A stretch of DNA of 64,000 nt. It comes from Ginglymostoma cirratum. Lineage: Eukaryota. How positions within the stretch are numbered: position 1 is the first letter of the stretch; every line of letters starts with the position of its first letter. The stretch is taken from contig JAHRHZ010000150.1 in the NCBI GenBank assembly GCA_024137785.1, positions 755,627-819,626 of the forward strand, written 5' to 3'. Below the pieces are notes generated by a model that saw nothing but the letters and a program-made list of their open reading frames with translations, ran no database searches and was not told the origin of the DNA. Position numbers and translations under genes: made by a program. Positions 1-12,290 of this stretch are shown here, in pieces.

Positions 1-183
1 TACCTACATGTACAGGTACCTCCAGCACATCGCAACAGGCCTACGGCTCATAGTGACCTTTGCCATCGGCTCTGATCCCACGACCGAGGAATGGTTCAAA
101 GGCGGGTTGAAGTCACTAGACCCTTTCAGAAATTGTGCAACCTGAAAATACTGAGCTTGCAGTCAACTGATGCTACTCGTGAT
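1..183 (+). pseudogene. TRBV: TCR beta V pseudogene (3' part; 5' end outside window)
   Basis: Reads TYMYRYLQHIATGLRLIVTFAIGSDPTTEEWFKG. Conserved Trp is replaced by Arg, there is a later frameshift, and the YYC motif is deleted. Followed by heptamer CACATTG (184-190), 23-nt spacer and nonamer TCAAAAGTC (214-222). Confidence 0.85.
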
Positions 184-729
184 CACATTGATTCAAACAG
201 GCTCAAAACGGGGTCAAAAGTCTAAAAGCCCCCTATTCCACGAGCTGAGCTATTGGGAAAGTGCCTCTGGAGGATTTCAGCTAGGCGCTCATTGATGAAG
301 ACTTCCCTGCCAACCATACATTGCGTCCATGCCAGTCAAAAACAAACACCTAAATATTCTGAGCCCTTTTCCAAGACCATTGTATGCCCTAGCAGGTCTG
401 TTCACTCTTTCTTAATAACAACCTTTCTTTTGTTCCTCTTGTAATAAAGGATAATCTTGCATTCACGTTCTTAACTTTTTCCCGAAACTACACTAGGGCA
501 ATCAATCTAATTATTCCAATCAAACATGGATTTGGTGGCTGCTCCTCTTGACATCTTTGTAATTGCTGTGAGATTTCCGTATGGCATGGCCAAATAGCTT
601 CTGCATTCATTAACATGGCTATGTAGCCACGTTAGCCTGGAAGGACTTATGCGTTTGTTAAAACACGTTTGTGAGTAACCAGATTAAGCAAACCAATTTA
701 AATCCTCATGAATGGATATCACATCCCTT

Positions 730-870
730 CCCACCAACCTCCGCATCCAACGTATCATTCTCCATCCCTTCCGCCGAATACAATCTGACCCCACAACCAA
801 ACAGATATCTCCCTCTTCACGCTATCTGCCTTTCATAGGAACTGCATTCACCGTGACTCCCTGATTACCT
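730..870 (+). mobile_element. Penelope-like retroelement ORF fragment
   Basis: Translates roughly HPTNLRIQRIILH..R.IQSDPTTKQI.P...LSAF.R...RDSL, resembling the linker between RT and GIY-YIG in vertebrate Penelope elements (recognised by eye). Confidence 0.5.
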
Positions 871-1654
871 CATCTGTTTAATCTCACTAACTCTCTCCGC
901 AAAGGGTGGCAATTATTTTGCTGAGCAAATGTATTACAAAATGCCTTTTTAAGCTTAATAATGTTCTTGCTATAGCTCTGTGAAGCTGTATGGTAGCTTT
1001 GAGTAAATGAGTGAATCAACAGAGAAAATAAAACTTCATCAATGCTCTTTGAGAATCACCTTGAATCAGAGTCAGCTGCAGACAATTGAAAGACTTATTT
1101 CTGCTATTACACCCCAGGGTCTTGTTGGAGACCTGGTAGTGTTCTTATCTCTGAGCCAGGCGACCGACATTGGCCTACCTTCACCAGATTTTAATTACAT
1201 CTATAATCAGGTTCATTAGAAGGAATCTAGAATAAATGAGGAGGGATCTTGTGATGCACCTCTGAGCCAGGAACCTTGAGTTCAAAAACTACATGCTCCA
1301 GAGGTGTGTAATAACATCTTTGAACACAGCAAAAGATCGAATATCTCAATTTTTCATCCCGTCAAACTATATCTGTTTGAAAATGTTTCTTCTCAGGCTT
1401 AGGGAGGACTCAGTGGTATTGCAACAAATACCCTATGAGGGCAGCCAGTTTTTGTTGCAAAACTGTCCTAAACAGTTCCAGACTGTCTTTGCAGAGGTAA
1501 AAGAAACGGACCACTCATTGAAATTCGACATCTCTCAGATCGTCCATGCAGTTCTAAACACAGAGGCGTTGTCCACTTGTGCAGGAAACTATTCACATTC
1601 ATTTTGAGGCAAGAAAGGATTTTGAGAACTGAACGGATCACTCTTAGGAACATT

Positions 1655-1960
1655 CTTTTTTATTTATTTCAGAAATGCACTTTAATTGTAGAAAATCTCT
1701 ACGTACGTACGTGGTCACTACAGCCGTTGGATACCCTGGTATCTTTGCATATGGAGAATCAAGTAAACGTTGGAGTTTTTCTTTACCCACAGTTGCAACA
1801 ATCCCAGAGGTATTTCTTACTTATGCAAAATACTATTTACATATATTTCAGCCACCAAGAGGATCCAATAACTGAACAGATGCCCACTGTATTTTGACGG
1901 AAAGACTTTAGACAGTGGTCAAAAGTTTTCTAAGGTAGCCACAACTCTCCGATGAGAAGA
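1655..1960 (-). mobile_element. Tx1/L1-like LINE 3' end relic
   Basis: Same family as copies at 2200-2780, 27047-27500, 43075-43440 and 50700-51255 (T-rich tail end; shared AGCATATG/GAGGCACC/AACTGAACAG blocks). Confidence 0.5.
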
Positions 1961-2199
1961 ATAACTTTTATATTGTGAAAATAAAGTTATAACAATATGT
2001 GCATGCAAAAGTTCCGGAAAGAGTTATTTACCGTTTCTACAGAGAGTAACAATGCCGAAAGACACATTGGAATTTGACCCCGCTCAGGTCATCCTTGCAG
2101 TTGTGAATACAGAAGCATTTTCCGCCCCTGCAGGAAACTATTTACATTCATTTGGAGCCAACGGGGTGATTTGAGACCTGAACGAACTTCGGTAGGAAC

Positions 2200-2780
2200 A
2201 GTTTTTTTAGATTTGAAAACGGTGCATTAAGCATAAAAAAGACTATCTATATTACACATACATGTACGCCCATGCATGGTCACAAACGCAATTCAGTCCT
2301 GTACAGTAGCATATGAAGAAAACAAGAAAACATTGGAGTTTGACTATATCCAACAAACAAACCAAAGACACGTCTTGAACCAAACTATATTTTCATGCAT
2401 TTGAGGCACCAGCAGGGTCCGATAGTAGAACAGACCCCAATTTAAATTCAGTCAGTGGTGTTTTCCAACACCACCTCTGCGGCAGATGCCCCAAGCAGTT
2501 CTCAGGAAGGGTCACCGGACCCGAACGTTAACTCTGTTTTCTCCTCCACAGATGCTGCCAGACCTGTTGAGCTTTTCCAGCAACTGTGTTTTTTTTCCTG
2601 ATTTACAGCATCCGCAGTTCTTTTGGTTTTTTATTTACGTTGTCCTGGGCCTTCGAATGTGCCAGTCTACGACACTCGGTCGAGGTCAATTCCTTGCTGT
2701 AGAAGAGCAACAAGTTTCGGGCAGACCAAAGAGCGTCTTTCACCAACTTGATCGTCCTCCAGGTGCAACATTCTTCCCAG
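2200..2780 (-). mobile_element. Tx1/L1-like LINE 3' end relic interrupted by a short hammerhead-type repeat (2498-2636)
   Basis: Homologous to the 27047-27500 copy, whose minus-strand ORF ends NSVKDILW...ECCRLAHSKV...GAAAAKAQWEKTTA. Confidence 0.55.
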
Positions 2781-3063
2781 TTCGACTTTCTTCTGTGTAT
2801 CCATCCTGAAATACAAAATGGCGCAGGACTGCGACCTCTAACCGATTCTTCTACACTTTAACAAGAAATGACTTGCCTCTCACCATCCCCCACATAAAAA
2901 ATAACAGACACGCGAACCGTTCCAATCTATATGAACCCGCAGTGGGTGGCTTATAGCGTTAACATTGCTGATGACATTGTGGGTCAGTTACCAGCGTATT
3001 CACGGACAGACATGTGCTCTTACTTAGAGAGAAACGGAGGAAGCCTATTGGAAGCTCTAGTGA

Positions 3064-3071
3064 TGATGTCA
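3064..3071 (+). promoter_or_regulatory. TRBV promoter CRE-like motif TGATGTCA
   Basis: 93 nt upstream of the leader ATG. The same motif lies about 90 nt upstream of the other leaders. Matches the core of the known V-beta decamer AGTGA(T/C)(G/A)TCA. Confidence 0.75.
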
Positions 3072-3156
3072 TATCCACAGCAATGTATTAAATCCTGTGC
3101 CAGGGCGAGAGGGTTTGCAGTCTTTGAGGGCTGTACCAATTTGGGCGGGAGGGATA

Positions 3157-4095
3157 ATGTTCGGTGCTCTTTATCTGCATCTTCTGTTACTGCTGCTCTC
3201 AGGTAAACCTCCATCCCTTGATGAACTATTTGAACAAGTTTTAATTTGATTTTGGTACCGTAGTGTAACTTCGGTCAGTGAAACCACGTGCAAGTTTCGT
3301 TCTTCTGTACTGTCGAGAAGGAAAAAAAAGGCCTTGCTGCGGAATAGTCCGTGCGTCCATAGGGAGATAGATAAATGCCAAATTGGCATGATGTGCAGAT
3401 TTGTGATAAGGCAAAGCGCATTGGAACTGGAAATTTCTTGAAAAATGCTCAGAGAAAGGAAACAATTGGGCAAACGCCTTTTTTTTTGCAGCAGCATCAT
3501 TCTCTGCTTCCACAAATGTCTTCTTTTTGTTTCTGACCTGCATTTGAATAGCCCCTGTTCGTCGCACATCAACTGGAAGTGGTAATGCCGAAGGTCCAAA
3601 TAACCGAAAGCAAAACCCGTTTCCTTGAGTGGCTGAGGCCACTCTCTCTCTGTCCATTATGGGGAAATGATACGTCCTTGTGAGGCATAGAGGGTTAGTA
3701 AGTGTGTGAAATGTGGGAAACCAGAGAATATAAACAGATCCCCTCAAGCAATTGACATTTCAACGCAAAACTGTTTCTGTTTCTCTCCATCTTCTTCCCT
3801 TAGGGAGTTGTAAATCTACCAGTGGCCGGAGCGTTTGTCTCTACAAAAGGAGAACACGGCAGTCATGCACTGTTACCAAAATGACACTCGCGATACTAAT
3901 ATGTACTGGTACCGGCAGCTCAGAGGAGCAGGCCTGCAGCTCATGGCAACCTCGTTTGGTACCTCAGAGCCCACGTTCGAAGACGATTTCAAGGCCAGGT
4001 TCGAAGGCACCAGGCGCAATCTTGAGTCGTGCACCGTGAAAATCCTGAAGCTGCAAGCGTCTGATACTGCAGTTTATTTCTGCGCTGCTCGTGAT
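3157..4095 (+). pseudogene. TRBV: TCR beta V gene, frameshifted (leader 3157-3202; V exon 3804-4095)
   Basis: Leader MFGALYLHLLLLLLS/GT; acceptor AG at 3802-3803. A 10-nt deletion relative to the paralog at 9387 shifts the frame after GSCK. The rest reads HCYQNDTRDTNMYWYRQ...DTAVYFCAARD. Confidence 0.88.
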
Positions 4096-4134
4096 CACAG
4101 CGATGCAAACAAGTGCAGGGTTGTTGCAAAAACT
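4096..4134 (+). promoter_or_regulatory. 23-spacer recombination signal sequence (V-RSS)
   Basis: CACAGCG - 23 nt - GCAAAAACT. Confidence 0.9.
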
Positions 4135-4374
4135 CACGAGTGGTTAGTTTGATAGCAGACGGATTGGAAATCTCGAGTGGACAACCTTCAAACTACACCC
4201 GAGCCTTAACGACAATTGCACCCTTTCCTACAACCTCACAAACGGCTAAAACCATTCTAATTTTAATGAGGGCTTCCTTATCGAATTAAAGACCAAGGAC
4301 CCTGTTCAGTATTCGCCGAACAGGGCGGTTAGACTCATGTAGGATAATGATTTTTCGAGGATAAAGGATTCAAT

Positions 4375-5805
4375 TGTGTTCCAACAGACTTATTTGTTGA
4401 CACAAGCTTTCGGAGTCTCACTCCTTCAGGTGTCAGTGAGATAGGTGGCATCGGACACAGAATCTAAAAGCGAAAGACCAAAGGGTCACAGAAATGATGC
4501 AGTGTTGAACAAACCGAAGATGGCCATTAAATCTTTAATCAATTAGAAAGGATTAATGTGCAAATTCCCGAATTTCTGAAAGTCACTGTCCTGAGATAAC
4601 TAAAGGTTTCATCAATTCCCTCCGTATAAAAAAGGTGATATCCCCGGTCAGGCGCTCAATTTTAAATGTGAGGCCTTTTTTAGAGTCTGCCTGTGTATCA
4701 ATTTGAAATCAGACTGGTTTTATTTCCAAAGTAAGTATTTATAAAACACCACATTGACAGTCCATAAATTGTGTGTTTTTTAGGCAAAATAGAACATATC
4801 TGTAATTATAAATCTTTAAATGCAAATTTATCCCATAGATTTATTTGTGTGCGTGTTTGCACGTGTATGCCTGTGTGTGAGAAGGAGAGAAAGGGTGGGT
4901 GTGCGTGTCTGTGTGTGTGTGCACGCATATGTGAAGAAGAGAGTGCGTATGTGTATGTAAGGGTGGGAAAGAGAGTGTATGTATTTGTGTGAGGGTGAGA
5001 GAAAAAGTGTGCACGTGTGAGAGAGTGTGTCTATATGTGTGTGCTTGCTTGAGAGAGAGGGAGAGAGTGTGTGTGAGCGTGAAAGTATGTGTGTGTGAGA
5101 GAGTGTATGTATGAGAGAGTGCCTGTGTGAGTATGTGAGTATGTGTGTGTGTATGCGTGCGTGTGTGAGATTGCATAGTCTCGAGGGCTCACCTGTAGTG
5201 CGATATGAACCCATGATCCCGGTTGAGGCTGTCCTCCTGGGTACCAGACTTGGCCATCAGCTTCTGCTCAGTGATTCTGCATTGTTGTGTATCTCCAAGT
5301 CCACCTTGGAGGACGTTGGCCCGAAGATCTAAAGGCAAATGTCCTTGAAAGCTGAACTGTTCCCCCACTTAAAGGGAACGTCCCTGTCTGGTCATTGTTG
5401 CATGGTGTCCATTCATCCATTGTCGTAGCGTCTGCATGGTATCACAAATAAGCCATGCCTGGGGGCATCCTTGCCTACAGCGTACGAGATAGACAACGTT
5501 GGCCAAGTCACGTGAGTACCTGTCATGCACGTGGTGGGCGGTCCTCCCACGTGAGGTGATAGTATCCATGTCAGATATCTGACATGTCTTGCAGAGCTTG
5601 CCATGACAGGGTTGTATGGCATTGTGTCGATATTGTACTGAAGGCTGCGTAGTTTGCTGCGAACAATACCCTGTTTAGTGTTCGGCAGTAGTTTGAAGGA
5701 GAAAGCGGAGGTATAGGCAAGATCTTGGCTAGGTGCACATTGTCACCGGTGATGTTTTGAAGACTGTGAAGAACATGGCGTAGTTTCTCCACGCCCGGAA
5801 GTACT
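4375..5805 (-). mobile_element. Penelope-like retroelement relic with GIY-YIG endonuclease remnant
   Basis: Minus-strand ORF 5369-5569 contains ANVVYLVRCRQGCPQAWLICDTMQTLRQWMNGH (GIY-YIG-like: NVVYxIxC..YIGET..LR.RM..H). ORF 5571-5855 resembles the preceding linker. Confidence 0.75.
4845..5170. repeat. Degenerate (TG)n/(AG)n microsatellite tract
   Basis: Runs of gtgtgt/gagaga; explains the His/Thr-rich spurious ORFs here. Confidence 0.9.
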
Positions 5806-5879
5806 GATCTCAAAGAAATGGAACAAGGTAGATCACCTGATATAGACATAAACAACAGGAAAAGAAATGTGGCAGAAAC

Positions 5880-7350
5880 GGCCCTGTCTATACTGCAAAT
5901 TCCGCGTTTCTAACATCTGGGATCTGGTGCCAATATAAGGACAGCTGTCTCACAGACTAGTCACGCAATAGCCTGACATACTGCGCCCCCCCCCCGAAAT
6001 AACTGCAGATCCTGTAAATCAGGAACAAAAAAAATTGCTGGAAAAGCTCAGCAGGCCTGGCAGCATCTGTGAAGGAAGAAAGACAGAGTTAACGTTTCGG
6101 GTCCGGTGACCCTTCTTCAGAACAGCCTGACATATTCATTCTCATGCAATCATACATGATAGTGTCCCAGACACCAGCCTCACCATCCCTGGATACGTCC
6201 TGTCACACCAGCAGAACACACCCAGCGGAGGTCATGGCACAATGGTATACAGTCGGCAGGGAGTTGCCCTGGGTGTTACGAAACTAGCTCTGGGCCCCAT
6301 GAAGTCTCATGGCTTCTGGTTTAACAAGGACAAAGAGCACTTCTGCTGATTATCATGTACTGTCCTCCCTCAGCTAATGAATCAGTACTCCTCCATGTTG
6401 AATAATACTTGGAGGAAGTACTGAGGATGGCAAGGGCACACTGTACACTGGTTGAAGGATTTCAATGTCATCCCACAACAGCAACTCAGCAGCAGTACCA
6501 CTGCTCGAGCAGGTGGCGTTCTAAAGGACATAGCTGCTAAATTGGGTCTGCATCAGGTGGTGAAGGAACCAATAAGAGGTTAAAATACTTGAACTCATCT
6601 TTACCAATCTCCGGCTTCAGAGGCATCTATCTGTGACAGCATCTGTTAGAGTGAACACCGCACAACCGTTGAGGAAACGAACTCCTGCCTTCACATTGGG
6701 AATAACCTTCATCGTGTTATGTGCCATGGTCACCGTCTCAAAGGGGGCAGACGTTGAACAGATTTAGCAACTCAAGGCTGGGTATCCATGAGGCGCTGTG
6801 GGCCATGAGCAGCAGAAGAATTCTATTGCAGCACAATTTAGAACTTTTTTGCACGGCATATTTCCCACTCAGACATTACCATCATGCCAGGGGACAAACA
6901 CTGATTCAGTGGACAGTGCAGGAGGGCATGCCAGGAACAGCACTAGACATACCTTAAAAATGAGGTGTCAACCTGATGAACTACCAAACAGGACTACTTG
7001 CATGTCAAACAGCATCAGCAGCAAGTGATAAACAGAGCCAAGAGATCCCACAACCGACAGATCAGATTAAAGTTTGAAGTTCTGCCATGTCCAATCGTGA
7101 TTGGTGGTGGACGATTAAACATCTCAATGGAGGAGGAGGTTCCAAAACTATCCACATCTTCAATGACGGAAGAACATAACACATCAGTGCAAAAGGTAAG
7201 GCTGAAGCATATCACAGCGATTGTCAGACAGAAGTGTTGCGTGGATAATCCATCTCAGCTTCCTTCAGTGGTCCCCAGCATTCCAGATACGAATCGTCAG
7301 CCAATTTGATTCATTCCACGTGACAGCAAGAAAGGCTTGGAGGCACTGGA
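5880..7350 (+). mobile_element. CR1/L2-clade LINE fragment (AP-endonuclease region), decayed
   Basis: Broken frames contain DFNV (~6458) and LELIFTN (~6590) endonuclease-like motifs. The 3' part is homologous to the start of the RT-bearing copy at 16740. Confidence 0.7.
6091..6122 (-). ncRNA. Minimal hammerhead-ribozyme motif in short repeat
   Basis: Reverse complement CTGAAGA-A-GGGTC-ACCG-GACCC-GAAACGTT (CUGANGA core, stem II, GAAA). The host repeat is flanked by near-duplicate AAYAGCCTGACATA. Confidence 0.6.
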
Positions 7351-8567
7351 TCAATTGCTTGCTTGTTAAGTATAATCCTAATTTTTTTTTTTCGAAATTA
7401 GCAGTCGTCTTGCTAAGGCCTTACGCAGCTGCATGGTAGCTCTCGGTGAATGAGTGAAACAACAGAGAGAACAAAACTTCGTCAATATTCTTTGATAAAC
7501 ATCTCGAATCAGAGTCAGCTGGGGACAACGTTGGCACTTTTTTACCTGTAATCATACACTGAGTCTTGTTGTGCATTTTGAATGTCCCTATCTTTGAGCC
7601 AGGAGCTACAGTTTAACTCGCACGCTCTCAAAGGTGTGCACTAACATCTCCGAGGAGGTGGATACCTGGAATGAATGAGGAGTGCACTTCTGAGGCAGCG
7701 GTAGGTTCCCTACCTCTGATCCAGGAGAAGTAAGTTATGTATACACCTGCTCCACAGCTGTGTAATAGCATTTCGCAATGAGGGCATTGAAAAATATATC
7801 CCTCTATTTTTACCGTATTAGAATACTGTGCCCAGTTGAGATTCTGTCCTCTAATAAATGAGGAGGATCCTATGATTTTGCGAAAAACCACGATCCTACG
7901 AGAGGACTAGTTTTTATCTTACAGAAATACATCTCATGCATAAAAAAAAATCATCAAACAGTTCTACACAATTTTTGGGGAGTTAAAAAAATGAAAAACG
8001 GCACGCCGTAATTTGACATCTCTCAAATGGTTCTTGCAGTTTCGAAAAGAGAAGCACTTTCTACCCGTGCAGGAAACCAGTTACATTACTTCTGACGCAA
8101 CACGGTTTTTCGAGAAATTAACGGACCTTGTTAAGTACCGTCTTTCCAGTTTTACTTTCTTCTTTCTGTCCATTCTGAGATACAAAATGGAACAATGACG
8201 TGACGTCTAACATATTCTGCAGTACTTTGACGTTCAACGACGTGTTTCCCTCTCCCTCCTCAAAATAAGCACACGCGTGAATCTTTCCGATTTCTAGGAA
8301 TCTGCAAGGGGTCTGCAATATCATTGTACTTGTTTGAGGACCTTGTGGGTCAGTTACGGTCCATTCAAAGACAGGAGATCTGCTTTTCCTTGGATTGGAA
8401 TGGAGGGGGGTGTGGGGAGCCGTGTAGGGGTCAAGTGTCTACTGGAATCTCTTGCGATGATGTCACATCCACAGTTGTGCAATAATTCCGGTCCCAGGAC
8501 GAGAAGCTATGCAGTTTGTGAGAGCTGCACCAAAGTTTTGGCAAAAATCTGGAGCTTGGGTTGTGGA

Positions 8568-8755
8568 TGAGGTTGTTGACTTGCTCGTCGAGCTGGTTTG
8601 TTTTTGTTCAGACGTCTAGACAACAGGCTTGATGCCATCATCGGTGGAGCCCCCGATAAAGCTTCATCGGAAGTCTGCACTGATGATGTCACCTAGCATG
8701 GTGACGAAATCTCTGAACAAAAACAGCCAGCTCGGCGAGCAAGTCAACAACCTCA
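8568..8755. mobile_element. Palindromic (MITE-like) insertion in V promoter carrying a hammerhead-like core
   Basis: About 44-bp inverted arms at 8568-8612 and 8712-8755. Internal CTGATGA-T-GTCACC-TAGCAT-GGTGAC-GAAA at 8680-8709. Flanking repeat AGAGCTGYACCAA at 8521 and 8755. Confidence 0.8.
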
Positions 8756-8780
8756 GAGCTGTACCAAGTTCGGAGGGATA

Positions 8781-9688
8781 ATGTTCGGAGCTCTTTATCT
8801 GTATTTCCTGTTACTGCTGCTCCCAGGTAACCTTTCATTCTTGCTGAACTATTTGAGCCAGTTCTTATCCGTGTCGCAGAAGAACTTCGGTCAGCCAGAT
8901 CATTTGTAATTTTCTTCCTTGTTTTACTCTCTTTAAAAATTTTTCTAGTTGTTTCGTAAGATCAGAGAAGCAAGTACGATAGTGCCTCATGAAAGGAACG
9001 TAGATAAATGTCCCAATTGTTATGATGTTCAGGATGTGTGGTAATGCAGAGTGGATTTGACCTGGAAATTAGTTGAAAGATGCTCAGAGTGCGGAAATAA
9101 ATTTTGAAGTTTGAAGTCCTCTACTTTTTGCAAATATGTTCCGTTCTTTTCTGACCTACATTTTATTTAGGCTCTGCTCTTGGCTCATTGACTGAAAGTG
9201 GCAATTCCGAGCGTCCAAATAGCTCTCTGTCTCTCTGCCCCTGTCGTGGGGAAATGATATGTCTTTGTGAGGCGGGCGGATTTCAAACTGTGGAATGTGG
9301 GAAATCGGACAATACACCCGGTTCTGCTCAAACAACCGAATTTCATCACAAACCGTGTCTTTTTCTGTCCAACTTCTTTCCCTTAGGGAGTTGTGAAAAC
9401 GCCCTTGTCTCGCAAAGGCCAGAACGTTTGTCTCTACAAAAGGGGAACACGGCGGAGATGCACTGCTACCAAAACGACACTAACGAGAGCTACATGTACT
9501 GGTACCGCCAGCTCAACGCAGCAGGCCTGCAGCTTATGGCAACCTCGATTGGTACCTCAGATCCCAAATTTGAAGACGATTTCAAGGACAGGTTCAAAGG
9601 CACCAGGCACAGCCTTAAGTCGTGCAGCCTGAAAATTCTGAAAGTGCAGGCGTCTGATAATGCAGTTTATTTCTGTGCTGCTGGCGAT
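8781..9688 (+). CDS. TRBV: TCR beta V gene segment, apparently functional (leader 8781-8826; V exon 9387-9688)
   Basis: MFGALYLYFLLLLLP/GT...AG/GSCENALVSQRPERLSLQKGNTAEMHCYQNDTNESYMYWYRQ...FEDDFKDRFKG...DNAVYFCAAGD. Open after splicing; first Cys, Trp and YFC are intact. Confidence 0.95.
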
Positions 9689-9727
9689 CACAGCGATACA
9701 AACAAGTGTGAGGCTCTTACAAAAACC
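9689..9727 (+). promoter_or_regulatory. 23-spacer RSS
   Basis: CACAGCG - 23 nt - ACAAAAACC (consensus nonamer). Confidence 0.95.
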
Positions 9728-10412
9728 TCACGAACGGTTAGAGGGTTAGCAGATAGTTTGGAAAGAGCGAGTGGGAGACGGTCAAAATACATTGGCTCGT
9801 TACTGCTGATTGCACCCATTTACAATCTCTCAAATGGGTAAAAACACTCTGTAACTTTTTAGACACGTTTCATTATCAAATGAAAGGACCAGGGCCTCCG
9901 TTCAGTCGTCACTGAACAGACGGGACCGTCTCATAAATTGTAGGGGACAGAGATTTTCATCAGGAAAGAACTGTTATTTTTCTCATCTGCTTCCGGTTCT
10001 ATTGAATGACGTATCTTGAGCGAATTAAGAAAGAGGCCATTCAGATCACCGAGTCTGCACCGACCCTCCGAAGAGAGTCCTGCCCTTTACCCAGACCGCT
10101 ACACTAGCCCCAGAAACCCTCACTTACCATGGCTAAACCACTTACAACTCTTTGGATATTGCGGGAAATTTAGCAAGGCCAAACCAATATAATGCATACA
10201 GCGAAGAATGCAGTAGCAGGAATAATAGAAACGCCTTCTGGATGATCTGGACATGGTGCGATTCAATGAATGCGCCCTTCCGCCAGTTAATATCTGAAAA
10301 ATTTGTACCTACCCATGGCCAGAAGATGTGGGTGTTTTGGAGAGGCTACAGAAAATATTTTGCAGGATGTCGTCTGGAATGGGATATTTTAATTATGAAA
10401 AAAAATGCTTAG

Positions 10413-10612
10413 GTAGTCTGAGATAACAAAGTGTGGAGCTGGAGGAACGCAACAGGCCAGGCGGCATCAGACGAAGAGGAATGCTGACGTTTCGGGTCGG
10501 GACCCTTCCAAACCACCAGCTTTCCTGTTCGACTGGTGCTTCCTGGCCTGCTGTGTTCCCCCAGCTCCAAACTTTGTTATCTCTGACGCAAGCATCTGCA
10601 GTTCTTGCTATC
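10413..10612. mobile_element. Short palindromic Penelope-derived repeat
   Basis: AGATAACAAAGTGTGGAGCTGG... / ...CCAGCTCCAAACTTTGTTATCT inverted arms with a partial hammerhead stem (CGTTTCGGGTCGGGACCCTT). Same family as 22270, 30463 and 41029. Confidence 0.7.
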
Positions 10613-11520
10613 TACGGAAAGACTGAGCTTGTTTTCATTGGTACGCAGGAGTTTGAGGGATGACTAGATCGGCGCAGGCTTGGAGGGCCGAAGGGCCTGT
10701 TCCTGTACTGTAATTTTCTTTGCTCTTTGTTCTTTGTCCTAGACAGAATGTTATATGTTTGTGAATGACATGGATAGAGTGGAAAGTATGAAGCTGTTTT
10801 TTTTCCAGGGTGAAGGAATCAATCACTAGGAGACACACGTTCAATGTGTTGGGGTGGGGCTAAAAAGAAGTGTGACATAATTTTTTTTACATAAAGGGTG
10901 GCAAGTGCCTGGAACGTGCAGTCAGAGGAGGTAGTGGAAGGAAATACAATTGTAGTATTCATGAATCACCTAGATGAATTCATCAGTAGGAATGGAATAG
11001 AGGGATATGGATCCTGTAAGTGACGACAGTTTTAGTATGGACAGGTAGAATTTATTGGCACAGGCTCGGAAGGCACAAGGTTCTTGTGCTGTATTGTTCT
11101 TTATTCCTTTTTCTTCAGATGCGTCTTTTATTTTCTTTTTTTGATAATGTATTTCTTCTGCCAGCCTGCTCCCTTTTTATCACCTGATGATGCTAATGCT
11201 TGGCATGGAACTAGTACATGGCCCTGCTCAATTTAGACACCATTGGTCTTGCTAGATTAGCAGATGATGCAACTGCGGGAGAGTTTGTGGCACAGAATAT
11301 GAGAAACTGACAGAGATTCAGCCACTTTCACTAATGAGTAATGAGGCCAAGTGTACTCCATTGGCTTGGGAATGGTTACATTCCTTGGTAACTGTGTCTT
11401 CAACCATGACTGCTCTGTTTGTTGACAAAGTATTCATCATGTGTGCTATCAGATAATGTCTCCCTATCCTCATTATAGCAGTACTTGCTTGATTAGACTG
11501 CTTCTCCGTCTTCCTTTCTA

Positions 11521-11796
11521 CTGACTTCAGGACAGTTCTTGCTTCGCAGTGCTTTGAACAACTGAAGAGATGGAGGTGTGTATTAACTGTAGGGCACTAA
11601 TAACAATCATGCACTGGTATTCCTAGAGTGGTGACAAAGAGTAGCAGCTCACATTGAAATCTGTTGCCACCTCTGAAACCTGTTTTCAGGAGGATTTCAA
11701 GGATAGGTTTAAGCCAGTAAGAAGATCGGGAGCCTGAAGAAATGATAGAATGCAGAGAGGTCTGAGATGGTGGTTCATTACTGAACTGCTGGTGAT
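11521..11796 (+). pseudogene. TRBV: Highly decayed TCR V relic (divergent family)
   Basis: Remnants MHWYS and FQEDFKDRFK, and HY* at the YYC position. Followed by CACAATG (11797-11803) - 23 nt - TTAAAGCCT. Confidence 0.7.
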
Positions 11797-11949
11797 CACA
11801 ATGATCAAAACAGATTCAGATCAGTGTTAAAGCCTTCTGCACCGTCACACTGTGAGATGAAAACATGGCAAAACTCATATATGCAGCCTTCAAAATTAAC
11901 AGACTGTTCACCAATGGAGCTTGTCTCAGTTTCCAGCGACCCAACAACA

Positions 11950-12290
11950 ATGTGTGGATGCATGCCCTCGCAATATTTTTTGTTAGGTTATTCACCAAGT
12001 ATTTAGCCGACGTTCTAGGTTTCGAATTTGCCACGGCAGATGGTGAAAGTTAAATTCAGTAATATAAAAAGACGTATCGCGAATTAGGAATCCCTTGATG
12101 ACCGTGAAATTGTTGTCAATTGTCATAACAAAAACTCATCTGGTTCACTAATATCCTTCAGAGAAGGAAATCTGCAATTCTTACCTGGCCTGGCTTACAT
12201 ATGATTCCAGACTCACAACAATGTAATTGTTTCTCAATGGCCCTCTGAAATGGTTTAGCAAGCTATTCAGTTATACCAATCATTGCAAAG
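11950..12290 (+). mobile_element. Deu-domain SINE (SacSINE1-like)
   Basis: CATCTGGTTCACTAATATCCTTCAGAGAAGGAAATCTGC...CTTACCTGGCCTGGCTTACAT core; related copies at 14140-14480 and 63230-63480. Confidence 0.6.

Noticed and set aside
4771-5332. His/Thr- and Cys/Val-rich ORFs
   Set aside because: They are translations of a TG/AG microsatellite.
9188-9841. 217-aa ORF as a single-exon gene
   Set aside because: It is intron, V exon, RSS and 3' flank read through; the true leader is at 8781-8826.
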